Source: Heptranchias perlo (lineage: Eukaryota). Taken from it: DNA of 64,000 nt. Shown here piece after piece: positions 1 through 13,052 of this stretch; positions within the stretch are counted from its first letter, which is position 1, and each line of letters opens with the position of its first letter. The notes below the pieces were generated by a model. It was given only the letters and a program-made list of their open reading frames with translations, ran no database searches and had not been told where the DNA came from. Made by a program: the position numbers and the translations under genes. The DNA is taken from positions 48,608,001 to 48,672,000 of the forward strand of contig NC_090345.1 in NCBI RefSeq assembly GCF_035084215.1. The letters run 5' to 3'.

Positions 1-3000
1 CACCCATTCACCCATCGATCCAATCCACCCATTCATCTATCGATCCAATCCACCCATTCATCTATCGATCCAATCCACCCATTCACCCATCGATCCAATC
101 CACCCATTCATCTATCGATCCAATCCACCCATTCACCCATCGATCCAATCCACCCATTCACCCATCGATCCAATCCACCCATTCATCTATCGATCCAATC
201 CACCCATTCACCCATCGATCCAATCCACCCATTCATCTATCGATCCAATCCACCCATTCATCTATCGATCCAATCCACCCATTCACCCATCGATCCAATC
301 CACCCATTCACCCATTGATCCAATCCACCCATTCACCCATCGATCCAATCCACCCATTCACCCATCGATCCAATCCACCCATTCACCCATCGATCCAATC
401 CACCCATTCACCCATCGATCCAATCCACCCATTCACCCATCGATCCAATCCACCCATTCACCCATCGATCCAATCCACCCATTCACCCATCGATCCAATC
501 CACCCATTCATCTATCGATCCAATCCACCCATTCATCTATCGATCCAATCCACCCATTCACCCATCGATCCAATCCACCCATTCACCCATCGATCCAATC
601 CACCCATTCATCTATCGATCCAATCCACCCATTCACCCATCGATCCAATCCACCCATTCACCCATCGATCCAATCCACCCATTCATCTATCGATCCAATC
701 CACCCATTCATCTATCGATCCAATCCACCCATTCACCCATCGATCCAATCCACCCATTCATCTATCGATCCAATCCACCCATTCATCCATCGATCCAATC
801 CACCCATTCATCCATCGATCCAATCCACCCATTCACCCATCGATCCAATCCACCCATTCATCCATCGATCCAATCCACCCATTCACCCATCGATCCAATC
901 CACCCATTCACCCATCGATCCAATCCACCCATTCACCCATCGATCCAATCCACCCATTCACCCATCGATCCAATCCACCCATTCACCCATCGATCCAATC
1001 CACCCATTCATCCATCGATCCAATCCACCCATTCACCCATCGATCCAATCCACCCATTCACCCATCGATCCAATCCACCCATTCACCCATCGATCCAATC
1101 CACCCATTCACCCATCGATCCAATCCACCCATTCATCCATCGATCCAATCCACCCATTCACCCATCGATCCAATCCACCCATTCACCCATCGATCCAATC
1201 CACCCATTCACCCATCGATCCAATCCACCCATTCACCCATCGATCCAATCCACCCATTCATCCATCGATCCAATCCACCCATTCATCCATCGATCCAATC
1301 CACCCATTCATCCATCGATCCAATCCACCCATTCACCCATTGATCCAATCCACCCATTCATCCATCGATCCAATCCACCCATTCATCCATCGATCCAATC
1401 CACCCATTCACCCATTGATCCAATCCACCCATTCATCCATCGATCCAATCCACCCATTCATCCATCGATCCAATCCACCCATTCACCCATCGATCCAATC
1501 CACTCATTCACCCATCGATCCAATCCACCCATTCATCTATCGATCCAATCCACCCATTCACCCATCGATCCAATCCACCCATTCATCCATCGATCCAATC
1601 CACCCATTCATCTATCGATCCAATCCACCCATTCACCCATCGATCCAATCCACCCATTCACCCATCGATCCAATCCACCCATTCATCTATCGATCCAATC
1701 CACCCATTCATCTATCGATCCAATCCACCCATTCATCTATCGATCCAATCCACCCATTCACCCATCGATCCAATCCACCCATTCACCCATCGATCCAATC
1801 CACCCATTCATCTATCGATCCAATCCACCCATTCACCCATCGATCCAATCCACCCATTCACCCATCGATCCAATCCACCCATTCACCCATCGATCCAATC
1901 CACCCATTCACCCATCGATCCAATCCACCCATTCACCCATCGATCCAATCCACCCATTCATCCATCGATCCAATCCACCCATTCACCCATCGATCCAATC
2001 CACCCATTCACCCATCGATCCAATCCACCCATTCACCCATCGATCCAATCCACCCATTCACCCATCGATCCAATCCACCCATTCATCCATCGATCCAATC
2101 CACCCATTCATCTATCGATCCAATCCACCCATTCACCCATCGATCCAATCCACCCATTCATCTATCGATCCAATCCACCCATTCATCTATCGATCCAATC
2201 CACCCATTCACCCATTGATCCAATCCACCCATTCACCCATCGATCCAATCCACCCATTCATCTATCGATCCAATCCACCCATTCACCCATTGATCCAATC
2301 CACCCATTCACCCATCGATCCAATCCACCCATTCATCTATCGATCCAATCCACCCATTCACCCATTGATCCAATCCACCCATTCACCCATCGATCCAATC
2401 CACCCATTCACCCATCGATCCAATCCACCCATTCATCCATCGATCCAATCCACCCATTCATCCATCGATCCAATCCACCCATTCATCTATCGATCCAATC
2501 CACCCATTCATCTATCGATCCAATCCACCCATTCATCAATCGATCCAATCCACCCATTCACCCATTGATCCAATCCACCCATTCACCCATTGATCCAATC
2601 CACCCATTCACCCATCGATCCAATCCACCCATTCATCTATCGATCCAATCCACCCATTCACCCATCGATCCAATCCACCCATTCATCCATCGATCCAATC
2701 CACCCATTCACCCATCGATCCAATCCACCCATTCATCTATCGATCCAATCCACCCATTCATCCATCGATCCAATCCACCCATTCACCCATTGATCCAATC
2801 CACCCATTCATCCATCGATCCAATCCACCCATTCACCCATTGATCCAATCCACCCATTCATCCATCGATCCAATCCACCCATTCATCCATCGATCGAATC
2901 CACCCATTCATCTATCGATCCAATCCACCCATTCATCCATCGATCCAATCCACCCATTCACCCATTGATCCAATCCACCCATTCATCCATCGATCCAATC

Positions 3001-6000
3001 CACCCATTCACCCATCGATCCAATCCACCCATTCACCCATCGATCCAATCCACCCATTCACCCATCGATCCAATCCACCCAACATCCATCGATCCAATCC
3101 ACCCATTCATCCATCGATCCAATCCACCCATTCACCCATCGATCCAATCCACCCATTCATCCATCGATCCAATCCACCCATTCACCCATCGATCCAATCC
3201 ACCCATTCATCTATCGATCCAATCCACCCATTCACCCATCGATCCAATCCACCCATTCACCCATCGATCCAATCCACCCATTCACCCATCGATCCAATCC
3301 ACCCATTCACCCATCGATCCAATCCACCCATTCATCCATCGATCCAATCCACCCATTCACCCATCGATCCAATCCACCCATTCACCCATCGATCCAATCC
3401 ACCCATTCACCCATCGATCCAATCCACCCATTCACCCATCGATCCAATCCACCCATTCACCCATCGATCCAATCCACCCATTCACCCATCGATCCAATCC
3501 ACCCATTCATCCATCGATCCAATCCACCCATTCACCCATCGATCCAATCCACCCATTCATCCATCGATCCAATCCACCCATTCACCCATCGATCCAATCC
3601 ACCCATTCACCCATCGATCCAATCCACCCATTCATCCATCGATCCAATCCACCCATTCATCCATCGATCCAATCCACCCATTCACCCATCGATCCAATCC
3701 ACCCATTCATCCATCGATCCAATCCACCCATTCACCCATCGATCCAATCCACCCATTCACCCATCGATCCAATCCGCCCATTCACCCATCGATCCAATCC
3801 ACCCATTCACCCATCGATCCAATCCACCCATTCATCCATCGATCCAATCCACCCATTCACCCATCGATCCAATCCACCCATTCACCCATCGATCCAATCC
3901 GCCCATTCACCCATCGATCCAATCCACCCATTCATCTATCGATCCAATCCACCCATTCATCCATCGATCCAATCCACCCATTCACCCATCGATCCAATCC
4001 ACCCATTCACCCATCGATCCAATCCACCCATTCTTCCATCGATCCAATCCACCCATTCATCCATCGATCCAATCCACCCATTCACCCATCGATCCAATCC
4101 ACCCAACATCCATCGATCCAATCCACCCATTCATCCATCGATCCAATCCACCCATTCACCCATCGATCCAATCCACCCATTCACCCATCGATCCAATCCA
4201 CCCATTCACCCATCGATCCAATCCACCCATTCACCCATCGATCCAATCCACCCATTCACCCATCGATCCAATCCACCCATTCATCCATCGATCCAATCCA
4301 CCCATTCACCCATCGATCCAATCCACCCATTCATCCATCGATCCAATCCACCCATTCATCTATCGATCCAATCCGCCCATTCACCCATCGATCCAATCCA
4401 CCCATTCAGCTATCGATCCAATCCACCCATTCACCCATCGATCCAATCCGCCCATTCACCCATCGATCCAATCCGCCCATTCATCCATCGATCCAATCCA
4501 CCCATTCACCCATCGATCCAATCCACCCATTCACCCATCGATCCAATCCACCCATTCACCCATCGATCCAATCCACCCATTCACCCATCGATCCAATCCA
4601 CCCATTCACCCATCGATCCAATCCACCCATTCACCCATCGATCCAATCCACCCATTCATCCATCGATCCAATCCACCCATTCATCCATCGATCCAATCCA
4701 CCCATTCATCCATCGATCCAATCCACCCATTCACCCATCGATCCAATCCACCCATTCATCTATCGATCCAATCCACCCATTCACCCATCGATCCAATCCA
4801 CCCATTCACCCATCGATCCAATCCACCCATTCACCCATCGATCCAATCCACCCATTCACCCATCGATCCAATCCGCCCATTCATCCATCGATCCAATCCA
4901 CCCATTCATCTATCGATCCAATCCACCCATTCACCCATCGATCCAATCCACCCATTCACCCATCGATCCAATCCACCCATTCACCCATCGATCCAATCCA
5001 CCCATTCATCTATCGATCCAATCCACCCATTCACCCATCGATCCAATCCACCCATTCATCTATCGATCCAATCCACCCATTCACCCATCGATCCAATCCA
5101 CCCATTCATCTATCGATCCAATCCACCCATTCACCCATCGATCCAATCCACCCATTCACCCATCGATCCAATCCACCCAACATCCATCGATCCAATCCAC
5201 CCATTCATCTATCGATCCAATCCACCCATTCACCCATCGATCCAATCCACCCATTCATCTATCGATCCAATCCACCCATTCACCCATCGATCCAATCCAC
5301 CCATTCATCCATCGATCCAATCCACCCATTCATCTATCGATCCAATCCACCCATTCATCTATCGATCCAATCCACCCATTCATCCATCGATCCAATCCAC
5401 CCATTCATCTATCGATCCAATCCACCCATTCATCTATCGATCCAATCCACCCATTCACCCATCGATCCAATCCACCCATTCATCTATCGATCCAATCCAC
5501 CCATTCACCCATCGATCCAATCCACCCATTCATCCATCGATCCAATCCACCCATTCATCCATCGATCCAATCCACCCATTCACCCATCGATCCAATCCAC
5601 CCATTCATCTATCGATCCAATCCACCCATTCACCCATCGATCCAATCCACCCATTCACCCATCGATCCAATCCACCCATTCACCCATCGATCCAATCCAC
5701 CCATTCACCCATCGATCCAATCCACCCATTCACCCATCGATCCAATCCACCCATTCACCCATCGATCCAATCCACCCATTCACCCATCGATCCAATCCAC
5801 CCATTCACCCATCGATCCAATCCACCCATTCATCCATCGATCCAATCCGCCCATTCACCCATCGATCCAATCCGCCCATTCACCCATCGATCCAATCCAC
5901 CCATTCACCCATCGATCCAATCCACCCATTCACCCATCGATCCAATCCACCCATTCATCCATCGATCCAATCCACCCATTCACCCATCGATCCAATCCAC

Positions 6001-8640
6001 CCATTCACCCATCGATCCAATCCACCCATTCACCCATCGATCCAATCCACCCATTCATCTATCGATCCAATCCACCCATTCATCCATCGATCCAATCCAC
6101 CCATTCATCTATCGATCCAATCCACCCATTCATCTATCGATCCAATCCACCCATTCATCTATCGATCCAATCCACCCATTCATCTATCGATCCAATCCAC
6201 CCATTCACCCATCGATCCAATCCACCCATTCACCCATCGATCCAATCCACCCATTCATCTATCGATCCAATCCACCCATTCACCCATCGATCCAATCCAC
6301 CCATTCACCCATCGATCCAATCCACCCATTCATCTATCGATCCAATCCACCCATTCATCCATCGATCCAATCCACCCATTCATCTATCGATCCAATCCAC
6401 CCATTCACCCATCGATCCAATCCACCCATTCATCTATCGATCCAATCCACCCATTCACCCATCGATCCAATCCACCCATTCATCTATCGATCCAATCCAC
6501 CCATTCATCTATCGATCCAATCCACCCATTCACCCATCGATCCAATCCACCCATTCATCCATCGATCCAATCCGCCCATTCACCCATCGATCCAATCCGC
6601 CCATTCACCCATCGATCCAATCCACCCATTCACCCATCGATCCAATCCACCCATTCACCCATCGATCCAATCCACCCATTCACCCATCGATCCAATCCAC
6701 CCATTCACCCATCGATCCAATCCACCCATTCATCCATCGATCCAATCCACCCATTCACCCATCGATCCAATCCACCCATTCATCCATCGATCCAATCCAC
6801 CCATTCACCCATCGATCCAATCCACCCATTCACCCATCGATCCAATCCACCCATTCACCCATCGATCCAATCCACCCATTCACCCATCGATCCAATCCAC
6901 CCATTCACCCATTGATCCAATCCACCCATTCACCCATCGATCCAATCCACCCATTCATCTATCGATCCAATCCACCCATTCATCCATCGATCCAATCCAC
7001 CCATTCACCCATCGATCCAATCCACCCATTCACCCATCGATCCAATCCACCCATTCACCCATCGATCCAATCCACCCATTCACCCATCGATCCAATCCAC
7101 CCATTCACCCATCGATCCAATCCACCCATTCACCCATCGATCCAATCCACCCATTCACCCATCGATCCAATCCACCCATTCACCCATCGATCCAATCCAC
7201 CCATTCACCCATCGATCCAATCCACCCATTCATCTATCGATCCAATCCACCCATTCACCCATCGATCCAATCCACCCATTCATCCATCGATCCAATCCAC
7301 CCATTCATCCATCGATCCAATCCACCCATTCACCCATCGATCCAATCCACCCATTCATCCATCGATCCAATCCACCCATTCATCTATCGATCCAATCCAC
7401 CCATTCATCCATCGATCCATTCCACCCATTCATCTATCGATCCAATCCACCCATTCATCCATCGATCCATTCCACCCATTCATCTATCGATCCAATCCAC
7501 CCATTCACCCATCGATCCATTCCACCCATTCATCTATCGATCCAATCCACCCATTCACCCATCGATCCAATCCACCCATTCATCCATCGATCCATTCCAC
7601 CCATTCATCTATCGATCCAATCCACCCATTCATCTATCGATCCAATCCACCCATTCATCTATCGATCCAATCCACCCATTCACCCATCGATCCAATCCAC
7701 CCATTCACCCATCGATCCAATCCACCCATTCACCCATCAATCCAATCCACCCATTCACCCATCGATCCAATCCACCCATTCACCCATCGATCCAATCCAC
7801 CCATTCACCCATCAATCCAATCCACCCATTCACCCATCGATCCAATCCACCCATTCACCCATCGATCCAATCCACCCATTCACCCATCGATCCATTCCAC
7901 CCATTCATCTATCGATCCAATCCACCCATTCATCCATCGATCCATTCCACCCATTCATCTATCGATCCAATCCACCCATTCATCCATCGATCCATTCCAC
8001 CCATTCATCTATCGATCCAATCCACCCATTCATCCATCGATCCAATCCACCCATTCACCCATCGATCCAATCCACCCATTCATCCATCGATCCAATCCAC
8101 CCATTCACCCATTGATCCAATCCACCCATTCACCCATCGATCCAATCCACCCATTCACCCATCGATCCAATCCACCCATTCACCCATCGATCCAATCCAC
8201 CCATTCACCCATTGATCCAATCCACCCATTCACCCATCGATCCAATCCACCCATTCACCCATCGATCCAATCCACCCATTCATCCATCGATCCAATCCAC
8301 CCATTCACCCATCGATCCAATCCACCCATTCACCCATCGATCCAATCCACCCATTCACCCATCGATCCAATCCACCCATTCATCCATCGATCCAATCCAC
8401 CCATTCACCCATCGATCCAATCCACCCATTCACCCATTGATCCAATCCACCCATTCACCCATCGATCCAATCCACCCATTCACCCATCGATCCAATCCAC
8501 CCATTCACCCATCGATCCAATCCACCCATTCACCCATCGATCCAATCCACCCATTCACCCATCGATCCAATCCACCCATTCACCCATCGATCCAATCCAC
8601 CCATTCACCCATCGATCCAATCCACCCATTCATCTATCGA
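1..8640. repeat. 25-bp tandem satellite (CACCCATTCACCCATCGATCCAATC)n, ~345 copies, runs off the left edge
   Basis: Unit read directly; variants CACCC/CATCC/CATCT, CGAT/TGAT and rare 24-nt units. Accounts for all ORFs from 315 to 9024. Confidence 0.99.
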
Positions 8641-9065
8641 CGCATTCAATCCACCCATCTAAGTCATCCTTCAAATCCATCCAACCAATCCGAGTCATCC
8701 ATCCGTCCAATCATCCAATCCACCTTTCTACTCTTTCCTTCCATCCACCAGTCTAATTCATCTGTCAAATTCTTCCAATCCATCCACCCAATCCATGCAT
8801 ACAAGCTATCCACCCAGCCAATCCATCCATCCATGCCTTCCATCCAATCCATCCATCCCACCCATCCATCTATCCAATTCATCCATCCATCAATCTATTC
8901 ATCAACCCAATCCATCCAGTCTATCCACCCATCCATCCAGTCTACCCACCTTTCTATCGATGGATACATCCAATACATGCATTTATCCATCTATCTATAC
9001 GTTCATCCATCCAATCCAATCTAACCAGTTGTCCATCCACCTACCCCATCCATCTGTGCATCTAT
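8641..9065. repeat. Degenerate (ATCC)n-like simple repeat at the satellite edge
   Basis: Irregular CCAT/ATCC/ATCT tetramers continuous with the array. Confidence 0.85.
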
Positions 9066-9192
9066 CTATTGTTCTTACTTATTTACAGATTCCCAATGAA
9101 GGTTCCCCATGATCCAAGGGCTCGGTTCTTGTTTTTATCAAATTTAAAGCATTTAGATTCAGACATTTATTAAACTCTTTTTACCCCTGCAG

Positions 9193-9243
9193 GATTTTAA
9201 ATATCTGATCGAATCAACTCGCAACAGTCTTGGTCAACAACAG
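9193..9243 (+). CDS. MYPN: Candidate 51-nt phase-0 MYPN exon (DFKYLIESTRNSLGQQQ)
   Basis: Pyrimidine tract CTCTTTTTACCCCTGCAG, 17 open codons, CAG|GTTAAG donor; joins in frame to EYRVSGFEQ. No transcript evidence. Confidence 0.5.
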
Positions 9244-9699
9244 GTTAAGTCCAAAGCCACGTTTTACTATTTCTTCTTTATTTTCAGAACCGTATCTCAT
9301 CATTCTTTTCTACATTACTAGATGTGGTGTTCGGGCACATTGCTGCCAACTGCATGAGGAATCAATGTTGCAGCTCATGGTCATGAAGAGTGAAGCTGTC
9401 TTTTGGAGATGAAATCTTTGGGGAGCCTTCAATCCTGCAATTGCAATGTTGCTTGCCTGAGCCCCCTCAGTGGTCATTAGTCAAATGTTGCATGCTGTCT
9501 TGCTGTTTAATTTCTTTACACCTGCTAAATTTATCTGACTGTCTTCTGATCTGCTTTCTCTTTTCAAAAGAACCTTTTCTTCACATTGGTTCAAAATGCA
9601 CCATGAAAGTTCGATCCTAAAACTAACAACAGAATTCTCTAGTGTAGTAATCCTGTCACTGACTGATAAATTAAACTATACAATATTGTAGTTACCTAT

Positions 9700-10050
9700 C
9701 ATCCCCATCTCAAGCTTCGCTGGTCTACACTGGCTCTCTATTCCCCAATGCATCGATTTCAAAATCCTCATCTTTATTTCCGAATCCCTCCATAGCCCTA
9801 TCCCACCATAACTCCGTGACCTCCTGCACACTTATTTCCCATCCTGGGCCCTTTGTTCCCTATAACTCTGACCTCCTGTGCATTCCCCCCACCCCTTCCT
9901 CCATTGCACCACTCTCTGTAACACTGACCCCAAGCCCCTCCACCTCACTTCCTTTTTCTCCACCTTTAAACACCTTTTCATAACCAACCTATTTGTTCAT
10001 AACTTTGCACACCTCTCCTGCTCTACCACTTATGCTCTGTTCATCATTTT
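9700..10050 (+). mobile_element. Old L2-like LINE 3' fragment
   Basis: Degenerate LHWL...IDFKIL motif typical of the L2 ORF2 end; boundaries approximate. Confidence 0.55.
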
Positions 10051-10426
10051 TCTCCTTTATGAGGTTGCTTGGAGAACTGGAGGACATGGCTTTAAACTTA
10101 ACAAGCACAAGCAAGATTTAAGATTAGATTGTGAGATGAGATGGTTTGGTTTCACAGAGTAGCTTACATGTGAAACAGACAATGAATAACCCCTTCAAAA
10201 TATCTGGCTGGGAACAGGATTGGAAGTTACGGAGATGGGGAAAATGCTGGAAATGCACAGCAGATCTGCATGGAGAAAGACAGATTGTTGTTTAAGTAGG
10301 ACTCGTTATCAGAACTGGAAAGTCACGCAAACACTTTAGAAGGGTTGGAAAAGGAAGAAAAAGAAACAGATATGGGGAAAAGAACAAGCAAAGTTTGAGA
10401 GGCTCAAATATTCCATGGAATATAGT

Positions 10427-11196
10427 GGCCTGGAAATAGCTCATGAAATAACGGCGATGCTAACAGGGCTCACCGTTATTTCAGGGCAAATGGAACAGCA
10501 AGTTCCGGTGAGCGTGCATGCGCAGTCAAACGCAGAAATCTGGAAATTGCTCTACCATTTGCCCTGCTCGTTTGAAAGCTTTGCGTTAAAGAGATGTCAC
10601 CGACTGGAAACAAACTAATCTCTCCATAAAAAAGCACGCTGGTTTTTTTAGGTCTAAACTACCTTTAATGGCATGGTAAGTATTAATGACTGCCAGACAA
10701 CCTCTCTGACACTGAAAATTAACTTTTAAAACTGTGGAGTCTCAATCCTCCCGATATTAGTTGTTGCTGGGGATATCTAAAAAAAAAATTTTAAATTTAA
10801 AATTATTATTTTTTACTTATTCTTTCTGTCCCTTTTGCCTGTCTTTTAGTCTTACCCTCTCTTTATTTCACTTTCTCTAACTAATTTTATAGAGAATTTA
10901 TTGATCTACCTGACACTTCCCGATTCTTAGTCTGCGTGGCTTGTGTGAAAGTGGCTTTCACTTCCTGGTTCTGACTGCGCGGCTTGTCAATGATGCTTCC
11001 AGCTATTGGTTGAGGGGAGAGAGCGATCCTTTCCCCGCGTGCACAGCTCAGAGAAGCCCGGGAAAGACGCCTGCACTTCTTACAGGTCTCCATTAAAGCA
11101 AGTTGGCGCCCAGAAGCCCGCAAAAAGTTTGTGGGTGAGTTAGTTACTTACGAGTGGCGGCAACATCCATTTGCCACTCAGTGCAATTTCCAGGCC
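10427..11196. mobile_element. Non-autonomous DNA transposon (MITE, PIF/Harbinger-like)
   Basis: TIRs GGCCTGGAAAT(A)GC / GC(A)ATTTCCAGGCC; 3-bp direct repeat AGT on both sides (10424-26, 11197-99). Confidence 0.8.
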
Positions 11197-12726
11197 AGTG
11201 GCTCTTGTGCTGCTGCCTTTCGCAGACAAGATTCTCCTGGATTAAATAGTGGAAATGTGGAGACAGAGGCATATTCTGGAATTTTGCTCACTTATCTGTA
11301 TACAGAATTTTCCCTCGGGAGATTAAATGGGTGGGATAGTCTCCAAGATAAGGTGGATTGAGCATGGACTGGAAACAGAGAACCTAATGCTCTTTTCTTG
11401 CTCTGTGCTTTCATATGCCTTTATTCACACTGCTCCTTCCCCCCTCATCAGTCCACGTGGTGATATCAGTGACACTGTGCTGCTTGTGCTTTGTTGTGAG
11501 ATGGGATGGGCAGAGAGTGAACAATAGTTCCACCAGCGTGATCTCCTTACCTGTTTGAAAGTAAAGGTTTGGAGCTGCTGTTTTTATTACAGAAATCCTT
11601 AATGTTTGTTTCAAACAAGAAATACTGCAGCAGGAAAGAAATTACTTCAGGTCAAAAATTTTTAATTTTAAACTGCTATAAATTTGGAAAAAAGTAAATT
11701 TGCATTTATCATGGAAGCTGATTTATAAACTTATTTTAACATTAAATATTTCACTATTAAGATTGAGTAGGCTCATCAAGTGTCTAGAATAGTGTAACCC
11801 AGAAAAGATTGTCCTACACAGAGAAAAGGCACAGTGATATAGTCCTTTACAATAACTATTTTCTAAAATGTTCCTATTCAAACTTTACTTTTTAACTCAA
11901 TTTGACCAAGTTGTCTAACATATACAAACTTTTTTGAAATTCAGACATATGATTTAAAATCTATAGATTTATGGTTTTGGCGATGAAACAATGCAGTCAG
12001 TCAGTTCTAGCCAACAGTTTGTGCTTTGAAAGCATCTGGACAGAGATAATACAATATGCATAGCAGGCTTAAAGCTTTTAACATCTGCAGCTTAATAGGA
12101 GTTTGACTATTTGTTGTTCATTGTTAGTGTCTTAGCTGCTTCTTCATTTGAATCCTTTTATATGTGAAATAAAGAAAAGATACAGCAGCTAACTGAGATC
12201 CTTGGCAAATCTAAACTTATATTTCAGTTTGTCAGTTAATACTAACATTTGATTCCATTTTTATATATAACAAATGTATGCAAAAGCTGCAAGGTACATG
12301 TTCAGTTACCTTAAATATATCAAGAACTGACAGATTGTTTTCATTATTAAGAATACACTGGCCATAAGCAGATTCATTGTCAACCATTGTACACCTGTCT
12401 AGAGTTGCCATGTCTGCCAAAGCAGTTGTATTGTAGCATATAAAAGTTGCTGTTTCTGCTCTACAGCTGTTCTGTGCTCTCTGTTACTCATAGTCCTACC
12501 TTGTACCTTTAAAGTTGTGGTCAGTTTGTTACTGTGTCGGCCTTCTCAGCACTTAGCATGCAATCTTTCTTGCTATGCTGCCTTAGCCACAAATGCTATT
12601 GCTTTTTTCCCAACAGCCTGGATTTTACTACAGTTCTTCAGCTCAAAATTCTGCCTTATTCCTCAATTGCATCCATACAATAAGTGTTTCAGGGTATTAA
12701 TGTGTGTGGGAAATCTCTGTTTCTAG

Positions 12727-12948
12727 GAATACAGGGTGTCCGGCTTTGAACAAAGACTGATGAATGAAATTGAATTTCGCTTGGAGAGAACTCCTGTGGA
12801 CGAATCTGATGACGAAATACAACATGAGGATATTCCTACAGGGAAGTGCATCGCACCAATCTTCGACAAGAAACTCAAACATTTCCGAGTCGTTGAAGGA
12901 TCACCTGTAACAATCAGCTGCAAACTTGTGGGGATACCAGTGCCAAAA
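12727..12948 (+). CDS. MYPN: Myopalladin exon (EYRVSGFEQRLMNEIEFRLERTPVDESDDEIQ...SCKLVGIPVPK), linker and start of Ig3
   Basis: TTCTAG acceptor, GTAAG donor, 222 nt, phase 0/0; peptide closely matches vertebrate MYPN as recalled. Confidence 0.95.
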
Positions 12949-13052
12949 GTAAGCCTTTTACTTTCTGTGATATTTAAACCATCAACACTATTGTTTCCCT
13001 TCAGACCCAGCTCCCACAATGCTTGCTACAGTTAGTCATTATTGTCTAAATA

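Noticed and set aside
315-9024. Long His/Pro/Ser-rich ORFs
   Set aside because: Translations of a stop-poor 25-bp satellite; the same peptide cycles through all frames.
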